Assembly (NCBI GenBank): GCA_033442325.1
Contig: JAWQFM010000025.1
Coordinates: 193,024-257,023 of the forward strand
Length of the DNA: 64,000 nt
Reading direction: 5' to 3'
Source of the DNA: Salpingoeca rosetta
Taxonomy: Eukaryota > Protista > Choanoflagellata
Shown: positions 28,520 to 43,689 of the stretch, piece after piece
Layout of the letters: every line of letters starts with the position of its first letter
How positions within the stretch are numbered: position 1 is the stretch's first letter
The notes under the pieces: generated by a model
Seen by the model: only the letters and a program-made list of their open reading frames with translations
Databases searched by the model: none
What the model was told of the DNA's origin: nothing
Program-made: the position numbers and the translations under genes

Positions 28520-31248
28520 AACTGCGACGATGAGGACTTTGTTGTCGCATCTGAGGATGAGGCAGCAGCCCTGGTGGCAGAGATGGAGGATGAGGAGCGA
28601 CGACACCTGCGCAAGAAGGCAAAGAGGCAAGGGGCGGCGCCTGCTGCTGCTGCTGCTGTGAAGAAGAGGACCCCGAAATACCTGCCACCCGAGGAGCTGT
28701 GGATGGAGACATGCGCCATTTCCGGAAGCTGCGAGGCCGTGGAGCTGTGGAGCGCTGTCCGAGCGCGAGTGCCTCCTGGTGCTGCACCTGTACACCTTTC
28801 TCAAGCACGAGCACGAGATGGAGAGAGCAAGGAGGAAGGCGGCACGCACGGGTGGCAAGATGGCAACAAGAGACTTGCCGAAGGAAGTCGCCGTCATGCT
28901 CGGGTGTTCAGCGGCAACGGTGAAGCTGCTGCTGAGCAAGTGGAATCGAATGAAGCGGGAGGCTGGCAAGCGCCCCAACAGCCTCAAGATCACCAACAAC
29001 CGGGGCACAAGCGCAAAGCCACAGCGTGTCCCGTTCACGGAGCGCGTGACCAGGCTTGTCAGAGACTTTACCACACAAGCGCAGAGCAGCGGCCGGGTCA
29101 TCAATGCCACGCAACTCACGAAGCACCTCATTGAGAGCGGGGTGCTGTCTGTGAAGGTGAACCCACTCACGAGCCAGCCGGAGCACAGAGACCTCCAGGC
29201 CGCAAGGAGGGCCACACAGCGGTTCTTGGTGCGATCCGGATACTTGCAAACTCAGGGTAGGGATGAGAGAAAGGCACGACCGACAACCCATCTCGACAAG
29301 CTCGCCGACTATCTCCACACCTTGTTCAAGAACCGCGAGCGGCCTCCCGAACAACAGCTGCGCGAGGTGCGTGTGTGTGTGTGTGTGTGTGTGCGCGTGT
29401 GTGTGGGAGGGGGGGGGTGTATGTGTGTGTGTGTCTTTGTGTGGGGGGGGGGTCTGTGTGTGTGTGTGTCTTTGTCTTTGTCTTTGTCTTTGTCTGTGTG
29501 TGTGTGTGTATGTGTGTGTGCACCGATGAATCTACTCGCCACCTCGCCACCTCGCCCCCTACTCGCTCCCTCGCCCTCCACGCGCCGCCTTTTGCCAGTC
29601 GTGTTACCCTAACATGTTACGTGTCACTTCATGACGTGCGTTACAGGTGTATCTGGACGAAGCGTACGTGCAAGCAGCAACCAACGACAGCTCTGTTCGG
29701 CTGTCCACCCACGATCCCAGTCACCAATGGAACGCTGCTGAGCAGGAGAAGACCACGAAGACGAACGGCCCTCGCATGCGTGTTGTGCTGGCCATTCAGA
29801 ACCGCGACCCACGCTCCGCCGACCCCTCGCAGCCGTGCACACCGCAGCAGCAGGCAGGCATTGTTGAGGGCACAGCATGGGTGGCTGATCCTGATGAGGC
29901 GAAGCGACGGAAGGGAGAGGGCGGTGATCCGACGACGAAGAACAGGAAGAAGAGGAAGGCGAAGATGATGACGCTGATGACGATGATGCAAAAGATGAAC
30001 GAGCGGAGTGATTCCCACACGACGGATGATAGCAAGGCCGTCGATACGACGAGCTTTCGCCAGTACTGGGTGTCCCAGCTGCTCCCGAGCCTGCACCAAC
30101 CAAGCCTCATCATCATGGACCACGCAGCACACCGCAAGCTCTTCCCTCTGCACATCCCATACGTTGCGATCGCAAGCAAGGCGGACCTGCTCGGGTTCCT
30201 GACGGCGCCACCGACGGGCGCCGAGACAGTGGAGGAAGCTGTGGCGGAGATTGGGACCGGGACACCATTGACATCACAACCAGTGGCAGCAGCATCAACA
30301 AGTGGCGGTGATAGTAGTGGTGGTGAAGGTAACGATGATGGTGTTGGAGTTGCAGGCAGCAGTAGCAGCAGCGACAGCCGTGATGAGTAGTAGCCGGCTG
30401 TGGAGGCTGATGCCAGTAGCCATGAACGCAAACGGGCACACGTGCCGGGTGCTGGGCCGCACATGCATGTGGACACGTTGAGGCGCCTCGCGAGCAAATG
30501 GATCAGAGCACACTGCGTGCCGGAGCTTGTATCGCTGGCGCGGCAGCAAGACCACGAGGTTGCCTTCACGCCGCCACGCTACTCGGACCTGCAGCCGATG
30601 GAGCTGGTGTGGGCTCTCCTCGGGGCACGCATGGCCCGGCAGGACGCATCTGGCACAGCCACGTCCGATGTGAGGCAGCGGTTATTGTGCAGCATCGGTG
30701 ACATCTCCATGGCCTGCAGCGGAGGTGCCCACACCGTCGTACAGGCGCTCATTGACCACGCGGACAAGGTGGCGACACAACAACGCGCCGTTTTGTTTGA
30801 GAGTGGGACGTCTCGTCAGGCACCGCGCACCACCGTGTCATCGACGTTGTCCCCTTCACAGCCCGCCGCACACAGCGAAGCGCCCTCTCAACCACACGTT
30901 GCACCCGAAATACAGCCCGCACCAGTGCAACACCAGCAGCAACATGATGGTGGTCGTGGCGCATCCAGTGTGGAGGAGCTTCAACAAAGAGCCGATGACT
31001 TGCTCGACGTCATCCTCGGCCAATCAACGACGACCACCACGACCACCACCAATGCCACCACCAACATCACTACTACTGCTGCTGGCGTGGACACTTCAAG
31101 GGCCGGATTGGACGCGGTTGACGGCCTGGCGGAGGCTGCAGTGCAACTGCTGATGGAGGAGGACGTGCCACTGCAGGCGGAGGGGGATGATGGTGATGAT
31201 GATGATGACGGTGATGATGATGTTGTTGTTGGCAAGGATGAAGCTTAA
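28520..31248 (+). pseudogene. Decayed or domesticated Tc1/IS630-superfamily DDE transposase with a spliceosomal intron
   Basis: DDE motifs VYLDEAYV (~29647), SLIIMDHAAHRK (~30105-30140) and HEVAFTPPRYSDLQPMELVWA (~30553-30615). Intron 29367-29646. In-frame TAG TAG at 30388-30393 and an apparent frameshift near 28705. No TIRs seen. Confidence 0.7.
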
Positions 31249-31696
31249 GCTTCTCCGGTGTTCATGTACTGCTGTGCGTATGTGTGTGTGTGTGTGTGTG
31301 TGTGTCTTGTCTTTGTGTGCCTGCACCTGCACGCTCTGATCTGTTCACCTGCTTCGCGGTATCTCGTTTTATGTTAGAGCAACATATGTTATCGAAACCG
31401 CGACATTGTAACCAGACCTGTGGGAGAAAACGAAACAAGGCACGCATTACCAAGCAAGTAACGCGGCGCAAAACAGCGCGAGGTGCAACGAAAGCGACAG
31501 TGGGAAGCAACAAACAACGCCCAAACACAAGTTCCAGTGCGTTTGCGAAGAGTGGGGCCATGCAACCAACACACACACTCACACACACGCCACACACACA
31601 CACACACACCCAGCACACCCAGCACACACACACACACATACAACATAACATACACACACACACACACAACCTTCCCCTCCCAACACAAGCACACCA

Positions 31697-32107
31697 CTAT
31701 CGTCGTCTGAGGTATGCGAGGATTTCCTTGTACTCTGGTTCCTCCACGGGAATCTCGCACGCCTTGAGCGTGGGGAACAGCCACTTCTTCAAGACGCCCT
31801 TTGGCGTGACGATGGCGCGTTCTTGGAGGTCCGAAGGCTTCACAACTGGACCAAGGTGCGGTGCAAAACACGTCAGGCATGTTGAGAACGTCTGCTTGTC
31901 TCCAGACGCGCGTTGCACTTCGACAGTGTGGAGGCCAGAGTCCTTGTCAATGGTCACGTGTGGATTGGCGCCTCCTAGGGTGAGCCGTATCTTCTCCCGC
32001 AGGATGTCGTGCAGCTCCTCCGGTGTACGCAACGGTGTCTGCACCATGACAACCCAGAACACAAAACAGACCCATGCAGTGAGAAACATTTAGAGGATAC
32101 TGACACG

Positions 32108-32154
<47 letters not shown>

Positions 32155-33870
32155 GCTCTCTGGCTAGCCTCACGCACACGCATGTGCGCGTGCATGCTTG
32201 TTGATGCGTGCTTGTGTGTGCGTGCGTGCACCCAGTCAATGACACGACTCGTACCAAAGGGCCAAAGTCCTCGAAATCATCATATCCGTCATCATCATCA
32301 TCATCGTCGTCGTCCACTGGAGAGGTCACCTCGGCTGCAGCAGAGTCTGGTGACTGAGCACTTGGCAGTTCATCCTGCTGTTGCTGAAGGGGGCGCGGGA
32401 GCAGCAAGTCCGCCTTGTTCAAACACAGCAAAATGGGCACCTGCATCCATGTCACGGGTGGTGGGTGACGAAACATCAACGCAAGTCTCAAAGTGGCCTT
32501 GAGATAATTTTTGAGTTGCACACACACACCTCTTACAAAACCACACGTACACACACACACACACATTCACACACACACACACATTCACACACACACACAC
32601 ACACACATTCACAAAAATTATTTCGTACCCTCTCGTCGGAGAGTTGCCAGGAGTGCGTCCTTTGACACGTGCGGGTGTTTGGCTTGTCTGCCTCAACGAC
32701 GAAGATGCAGGCATCGACGATTGAATAGTGCGCAGCAAACGCCTCTTCGACCTGTAATTGGATGGATATGCAAAACAACCGAGATGTCGAGATATGTGAG
32801 GAAGCCAGTACATACACCGCAACACGTCAAACGCTATTCGCCCCTTTCAGTAACAGCATCAACAACAACAGCAACAACAACATCAGCAACAACAACAACA
32901 TCATCAGCAGCAGTAACTACATGGCACGCCGCACCTTCTTGGTTGCATCGTCGCTGCCCGGGAAATCAACAAAGACAAAGTGCCGGGCGGCGGGCCACTT
33001 GTAGAACTCAATGCGCGTCGAGTTGACGGCGAAGTCGGGGTTGGACTTGAACTTGAGCCGAGAGAGGAACGTGCTCTGAAGTGAAGAACGCATGCCACGC
33101 ATGACGCCAGGGTGGAGTGAACAAACGAGTGTTTGCAGGAGTTGGCAGACGCATTGGAAGCGACTCCCATGCAAGCTCATGCACACACGTGCACGTACAC
33201 ACAACACACACATACACGCACGCACGTACAAGCACGTACACACGCACACACACAAGCACGCACGCACGCATGTACACACACACACAAACACACACACAAG
33301 CACACACCTTGCCCGTCTTGCTGGTTCCGACGACGCCAAACATAAACGTCCCTGCCATCAGTTCTCGCAGGCGGAAGATGAGCCAGACGTCGCGGAGGAA
33401 CAGCAACGCCCGCTTGCGCGCTGTGTCGTCGTCTTTCACATTGAACAGGGGATCGCCTTGCTTGAGTTTGGAGAAGTACCTGGCCCGGAATTCCGCAGAC
33501 ATCAGGGCGGCTGGGTCGATGCTGTGGCCCACAATCGCTTTCACCTTCTGTGCAATCCCCTTTTGCACAATGGCCTTCTCAGCAAAGTACGTTGGGTCGA
33601 CCGGCAGATCCTCGTTCTCATCCAGGCCAAGTAGTTGAAGCATCAGCTGTTTTGGTACCATAGCAGTGGGTGATTTGCGTGTTAGCGCGTACGTTTGTGC
33701 GTGTGTACGTTGGTGCGTGTGCCGTACATGTGTGTGAGCAGTGCTCTGGCATGCTGCGAATGAAATTGCATTGACGTCCGTGCATGCACGTACACACTGT
33801 TTGTCGTGTACCCACCCCCCCCCCTTCTCCACACACATACACACACACACGCACACACACACGCACACAC

Positions 33871-33935
<65 letters not shown>

Positions 33936-35076
33936 TCAACACACAAACACACACACACACAAGTATGCCCACAACACCGCACCTGAAGATTCTTCTGGTA
34001 TTCCGCCTGATTCTCGTTTAACTTGTCCAGAACATCCCCAAGTACTCCCGCAAGTAGAAATGCAGCGATGCTGCCTGTCAGCATGGTGAGGCCGCCAACC
34101 TCTGCAAACAGGAAGTAGATGCCCGCAAATAACCCACCAAGCGAAAAGAAGGCAAGGCCAGCCATGATGATAGTGATGGCAGTGGTTAGCGCGACAATGC
34201 CAGGCCCCTTCTTAACAGCAATGTCTGGGTACCCCGTACGCGCGAGCACGTCCAGTGTTGACCACGAAACCGCTCGGAGCGCATCCTGTGCACACGTGCT
34301 CTTGTCATTCCGGAACCATTCTGAGGCGCGTTGGTACGGCAGCCGTTGTTCCTGCCTGTCTGCACATGCTCCTCCAGCGGGCTGATCATACACCTGATGC
34401 TTGTGCACTTTCAGGTGCCATGAACCACGTTGAAAGTCGCACGAGGAACAATAACTGAGGTGAGAATTGACATCGATGAGTGCAACAAGAACAGCACAAA
34501 AGCGCCTTCAAAGTGGAGTTTGCTGCACAACCCTTTTGTTGCAATGAAATGCCCACACCAAACTCACGACAACACAACGCAACCACACACACACACACAC
34601 ACATCCTCACCTGCATTCCTCATTTTGCCCGCCAAAGCCTTCGCGTCTGCGGTGTCCACTCCAAATACATGCTTGCTTGCATCTACCAAGGCACCTGTAT
34701 CTTGGTCCTCGCCCTCTTGCTCCGCCATGACTTGAATGGCCTCCTGCAGTGGCTTTGTGCGCTCGTCCTGATACTTGAGTTCTTCGATCGAAATCGTGGA
34801 GCCAACGACTTCACGCAGGGCCGCTGCAGGCTCGTCCTTGCCCCTCTCCTGCCACCGCTTCGCAGCCGGTGTTACATCGCCCTCCTCCAACTGCGCAAGG
34901 ATCTGTAGCACCTCTTCTTGTTGCGCCTTGTTATCTGAGAACAGGGTGAGCAGGAAAGCCTGCAGAAGTAACATGTGATGGCAGAAGCAACATGCGAGTA
35001 TAGGTGATGGAAGATACACCTGTAAGCGTTTGAGGTTTGGTTCGCCCCACAGATCAGTGCAGCACACATAAATGCA

Positions 35077-35145
<69 letters not shown>

Positions 35146-37346
35146 CACACACACGCACACAAACCGCAGCATACTTGGTTGATGACGTCGTGACGTGAGA
35201 GCTTTGCGGCCTGCGCCAGCTTGCCAAACAAGGGCAACTTTGAGAGTTGAGTGACATCGACACGCACTGTGCTCGCAGGCGCTGTGAATACGGTGTAAAG
35301 TCGCACATCAAACACGGCCTTTGCCTGTTGTGTCGTGCATGAAATCGTCACCTCCAGCCGCTTCCCACCGTCAAGAAGCACAGGCGTGAACTTGCGCTTG
35401 TGGCCATCAAGGGAGCTTGTCACGTGCGTGACAAACGCAAACCCGTCGCCAGTGAATGTGAGATGGTGCTGTTGGCTGTTGGCTGTCAATGTCGTGCTCG
35501 AGTGGTCTGACTGGAACATCAACTTCCGAGGGGCGGAGAAGTCGGGATGCTGGGTGAATGTTGGGATTCGGGGTGTTTGCTGCGGATACCATGCATGCCG
35601 ATTCAAGTGGTGGCCCTGGCAATAGTGGTCCAGAAGATGGTTTTTGAGGAGCTCGGCCTTCAGCTGCGGAAGTGTGTGTGTCTTGAACAAAGCGGCATGA
35701 ATCTCATTTGGGTTGTTGTATGGATTCCATTTTGAGTCCTCAAAAATCAGGTACGTGCCAAAGGGCGAATAGTCACTCTGCATGCTTTGGCTCGCAAGGA
35801 AGCCAAGGTACCTTGCAAGTGTCATCCAAAGGCTCCCCTTCGCGTTTTGCGAAATGACAGATGTAAGGCTGCCGAAGAATGAGCTGCGGCTCTCTGGCTG
35901 GCTGAAGGCCTTGTTGAGAACTTGCGCGACAAGTGATGACCTCTTAGAAGCGTCTGCTTGGGAGCTGAATGCACGCGTGAGCATGGTCAGCACGCGTGGG
36001 ACAATGTCGTTGCTGTACACGTGGAACCGGCAGTTGCTGTGAGCCACGCCAGCACCACCAATCTCCCGCTCAAACTGCTGCGCGAAAGCCCTGTCTCCGA
36101 CAAGAGGTGCGCCAAACGTCACCACGTGCACGTTTCTGCGGTCGTCGTGCTGGTGGCACTCAAGCAGCACGCGCAACGCCACCAGCTGTGCCAGCGCACC
36201 GCCGAGCGAGTGGCCGCAGAACACCAAGCGGTACTTCTTCTTGTCACCTGGACTCCCGTGGAGCAACCGCACAAATGGCTCGACGGGGATCTTCTCAGCC
36301 ACGCGAAGAAAGCCCAGATGCACGCGGCCCTCGATGGCCTCGCTCATTGGAGGGACGGCAAACGCCGTCATGTCCGTCATGGCGTGTTGCAGCGTCTGCG
36401 TGCTCTGGAAGCAGATGTACACGGGGGTCGTGTCTTCGCCGTTGAGCGGATCGTCGCTGCCAAACGCGACGATGAAGTGGTGGCTTTCAGCGGCATTGCG
36501 TGTGAAGGCAATCTCCTTCAGCTGGTGGTATCCGTCGCGCTTGTCGAGGTTTTGGTTGAAATGCCGTTGAATTGCCACTTCTTGATTGCTGCCCCCGTTG
36601 CTCAGGCATTGCGCCAACAGGAGACACATGTCGGTGTCTCGACGGCGTATGACATCTGGAGGTAGCCTGGGCGCGTGTTGGAACACAAGCGTCGCAGGAT
36701 GGCCTCGGACTAACACACAGGTGTACAAGCAGCGCCATTGTGAGCGCGTCAAGCAGGCTGAACTTGGGCTGGTGGTAGGGAGGTGTCGGTGACGGTTCAT
36801 AACGTGGGTTGTTGGGGGGAGAGGCAGCACGATGAGGCGTCAGTAAGCATGAGATGAGCAACAATTGACTTACGCCTCTGCGCAAAGGTTTGGTCCATGA
36901 GACGGGCGGGAGTCACTGGTTGTGGGATCACCAAAGATGTCACAGTGTCATCTCCAACCGGAGGTACCTCTGTTGTCTCCACAACGTCGGCTGCAACAAC
37001 TTCTGCGAGGACATGGCCGCACCGCACGCCTTCTTCAAACAGCCTTGAGCCTACCAAAGCAAGTGCCCAAGAGGAGTGCGTACGTGAGCAGAGAGAAGTG
37101 TGTACGTGAGTGCGCGGACACAAGCCAAAAGACACGACACAAGGGACGAAGGGATACAAACAGACATGGGTCGGTGGAGGCGTTGGCGTAAACCTGCACA
37201 CATTCAGCAAGCAGTGGTGTACCTTGATGACAGAATGAGACGACATGTCGCTCGCCGTCCCGCATCAGGCCAAACGTCGACACTGCCTGCTGCAGGTCGT
37301 TCACTGTCACTGTCACCTGCGTCACAGTCGCTCTGGTGGTGGACAT
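31697..37346 (-). CDS. Spliced Lipase_3 + TM segments + C-terminal GTPase fusion protein, copy 2
   Basis: ATG 37346 with phase-compatible exons. Lipase motifs GRVHLGF, LVFCGHSLGGALAQL, VVTFGAPLVGD, NDIVPR and NHLLDHY. Hydrophobic hairpin GIVALTTAITIIMAGLAFFSLGGLFAGIYFLF..SIAAFLLAGVLG. GTPase motifs GVVGTSKTGK|STF, FVDFPG, IFVVEAD and VPILLCLNKAD. Stop at 31697. Confidence 0.85.
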
Positions 37347-37443
37347 GACGCTGTTTGTTTGTTTGGGTGTGAAGTTCGGAAAATTGGTTTTATTTTCCGT
37401 GAATAATCGGCAATCTGCGACAGTGCGCACACCAAACGCGACG

Positions 37444-40227
<2,784 letters not shown>

Positions 40228-40783
40228 GGGTGTGTGTATGTGAGAGTGAGAGAGGTGCCGGACACACACACACACACAGACGGGGGAAGGTGTGAGTGTC
40301 AGCGTGTGCGTTGAAGATTTGTTTCCCTTGCGCCTGGTTGAGCAGCTTGGCTGTGCCTTTGACCATTGCATTGACGGTAAAGTGTTTGAGAAGTTCATTG
40401 TGTATTTGGGCCGTGCAGCTTGCGTATTCTTGTGCACGATCACCAACAAAATCAAATCAGAGACACGCACCGCCAAAACGACGCACACCCGCGCTTCAAG
40501 ACATGTCCACACCATTCACAGTACCAACAAGCATCGGCTGTCATTCGCATGTAACGAACGCATTGGCACGATGTCAAGACACAAGAGCACGGTAGCAACT
40601 CGCACAACCTGAACATCTTTCGGCAACCTGCTGCGTGAGAATGGGGCCAAACTTCACCGAAGCGAGATTGCCACACCTCACCAGAGCTGAAGGAGGTCGA
40701 TCGTGGGTGTTGACAAAGGGCGTGCGCGACGCCACTGGCGAGTTTGCAGCTGGCAGCGGCGGGAAGTGGGTGCGAGGTTAGTC

Positions 40784-43101
40784 TCACCCCGCAGAGGCTG
40801 GGGACGTGTGTGCATGCAGTGTTGAGCAGAGGAAGCGCAGGATCAAGTTGCGACGCGTTGAAGAGGATTGGTGGGCTACTTGAGCGGAGATGAAACGGAG
40901 CAGGGGGTTGCGCTGTACTGGGGAGTGTTGCTGCTGTTGTCCAGAGGGAGTTGGGGTAGACTGGTGTTGTGAAACTTGACGAATGAATTCCTGCAGACGC
41001 AGTGCAAGTAAATTCTGCTGCCCATCTTTGGTGTGTGGGTGGTCTGGGCCAAGCGTGTCCATCAAGATATCGACAGCTCGTTGCATCAACTGTTTTGCGC
41101 GGGCATAGTCGCACTTGCTGTAGTACACCCCACCCAGGTTGTTGTATGTGGTTGCTGTGTCTGGATGCTTCTCCCCCAACGTGTCCAGGCGGATCTGCAG
41201 GCTCTTCTGGTAGTAGTGGATGGCGCGGTCATACTCCCCCTTGCTGTTGTACACCCCGCCCAGGTTGCCGTATGTGGTTGCTGTGGACGGATGCTTCTCC
41301 CCCAACGTGTCCAGTGTAATGTTCAAATCCTTCTGGTAGTACTCCAGAGCACGGTCATACTCCCCCTTGCTCCTGTACACCTGGCCCAGGTTGTTGTATG
41401 TGGTTGCTGTGTCTGGGTGCTTCTCCCCCAACGTGTCCAGCTTGATCTGCAGGCTCTTCTCATAGTAGTGGATGGCACGGTCATACTCCCCCTTGCTGTT
41501 GTACACCTGACCCAGGTTGTTGTATGTGGTTGCTGTGTCTGGGTGTTTCTCCCCCAACGTGTCCAGCTTGATCTGCAGGCTCTTCTGGTAGTAGTGGGTG
41601 GCGAGGTCATAGTCGCCCTTGCTCTTGTACACCTGACCCAGGTTGCCGTATGTGGTTGCCGTGTGTGGATGCTTCTCCCCCAACGTGTCCAGCTGTATCT
41701 GCAGGCACTTCTCATAGTAGTGGATGGCACGGTCATAGTCGCCCTTGCTCCTGTACACCTGGCCCAGGTTGCCACATGTGGTTGCTGTGGACGGATGCTT
41801 CTCCCCCAACGTGTCCAGCTGTATCTGCAGGCACTTCTCGAAGTACGCCAGAGCGCGGTCATAGTCGCCCTTGCTCTCATACACTTGACCCAGGTTGTTG
41901 TATGTGCCTGCCGTGTGTGGATGCTTCTCCCCCAACGTGTCCAGCTGTATCTGCAGGCACTTCTCATAGTAGTGGATGGCGCGGTCATAGTCGCCCTTGC
42001 TGTAGTACACCTGACCCAGGTTGTTGTGTATGGTTGCTGTGGATGGATGCTTCTCCCCCCACGTGTCGAGGTAGATCTGCAGGCTCTGTTGGCAGTACTC
42101 CAGAGCACGGTCATACTCACCCATGCTGCAGTGCACCCCGCCCAGGTTGTTGTACGTTCTTGCTGTCTCTGCGTGTTTCTCCCCCAAGGTGTCCAGCTGT
42201 ATCTGCAGGCACTTGTCATAATAGTGAATGGCACGGTCATAGTCGCACTTGCTGCAGTACACGTGACCCAGGTTGTTGTATGTGGTTGCCGTGTGTGGAT
42301 GCTTCTCCTCCAACGTGTCCAGCTGTATCTGCAGGCACTTCTCATAGTAGTGGATGGCGCGGTCATAGTCGCCCTTGTTGCAGTACACCTGACCCAGGCT
42401 GCTGTATGTGATTGCTGTGGACGGATGCTTCTCCCCCAACGTGTCCAGCGTAATCTTAAAACCCTTCTGGTAGTACTCCAGAGCACGGTCATACTCACCC
42501 ATGCTGTAGTACACACCGCCCAGGTTGCCGTATGTGGTTGCTGTGGACGGATGCTTCTCCCCCAACGTGTTCAGCTCGATATCCAGGCCTCGTTGAAGAA
42601 ACTGCTCCGCTCTTTCATGCTCTCCAAAGTCAAGCATGACCAGTCCAACTCTGTTGCACATGCGTGCAAACTCGGCCGTGCCGTCTTCGCCTCCCATCCC
42701 CATCTCCTCCAAAAATGACTTTGCCATCATCAAACACCAGGCGCGCATCCGTCCTTTCACAGCTCTGTTCACTTCAGGGAAGCCCACAGTGTCCTCAATC
42801 GCCTTGAAGATCATCTCCTTGTCTGCTCGCACACTTGCGCTTGCTTTCCCTGCTTGCACCTCCACCAGCATGTTGGTGATTGCCTTGTGATCTTCAAGCA
42901 AAGCTTCCCTCAGCTTCGTGCGCTGGTGCTGTGGCAGCCTAATCTCCAATCCAACATCGCTTTCTTGGCTGATGGCGCAGAAGATCTCCCACAGACACCA
43001 CGCGCGTGTCAGTGGGACGGGCTTGTTCCACGGCGTCAGCACCAGCAGCACCTTGCCAATGGATGCAATGGCGCTCTTGAACGGGGCCCCAATCCTGCCA
43101 T

Positions 43102-43164
<63 letters not shown>

Positions 43165-43689
43165 AGGTGTCGAGACGAAACGCACACACTGGTGAAGCAA
43201 CCTGACACACACACACACACACACACACACAACTCACTGTTCTGGCGACAGGCCCATGCGCGATTCTGTGTGCTGGTTGTTGCAGAAGAGGTCAAACCAG
43301 AAGAACGTCTCTTGCTTGCTGTGCTTGGTTCCATCTTCATCCTTGTGTTTCTCCTCCTCCTCCTCGTCGTACTCCAGCATGGTGGTGAGGACATCGGAGA
43401 TCTTGTACTTCCAGGCGTGCGACACAAACACGGTGGCTGGTCCCACTTCCTCCGGCTTGGTTCTGCGCAGCAGGTCGATGTACGAACACTTCCATTCCTT
43501 CGTGCGGTGGATCACGGGCTTGACACTCGCATCGTACGTCGTCACCTCCTCGTAGTTGTCGGGGTGATAATCCTTGATCTGCGACATGAACCGCTTGATG
43601 GCAGAGGTGCTCACGCCATCCGTGCAGATGGGCGCTGCTGCTGTTGTGGTGGTTGTGGTGGTTGCAGTTGTTGGCTTTGGCGTGGACAT
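40784..43689 (-). CDS. HET(TIR-like) N-terminal domain + 13 x 42-aa TPR repeats
   Basis: ATG 43689. Exon 1 has TVFVSHAWKY and FFWFDLFCNNQH; after intron(s) at ~43237-43099 come PVPLTRAWCLWEIFCA and ASASVRADKEMIFKAI..GFPEVN, then TPRs of the type ATTYNNLGQVYxSKGDYDRAIHYYEKCLQIxLDTLGEKHPxT. Confidence 0.9.
41030..42666 (-). repeat. 126-bp coding tandem repeat array (TPR, 13 units, high internal identity)
   Basis: On the + strand gcttctcccccaacgtgtccag recurs at 126-bp spacing. Confidence 0.92.

Noticed and set aside
41030-42666. CRISPR-like array or diversity-generating retroelement
   Set aside because: The units are contiguous coding repeats with no unique spacers, and no cas or reverse-transcriptase gene or template repeat is present in the window.
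41033-42718. Long antisense (561 aa) and alternative-frame (397 aa) ORFs over the TPR array
   Set aside because: Shadow ORFs produced by a 126-bp repeat unit lacking stops in other frames; there is no independent protein signal.
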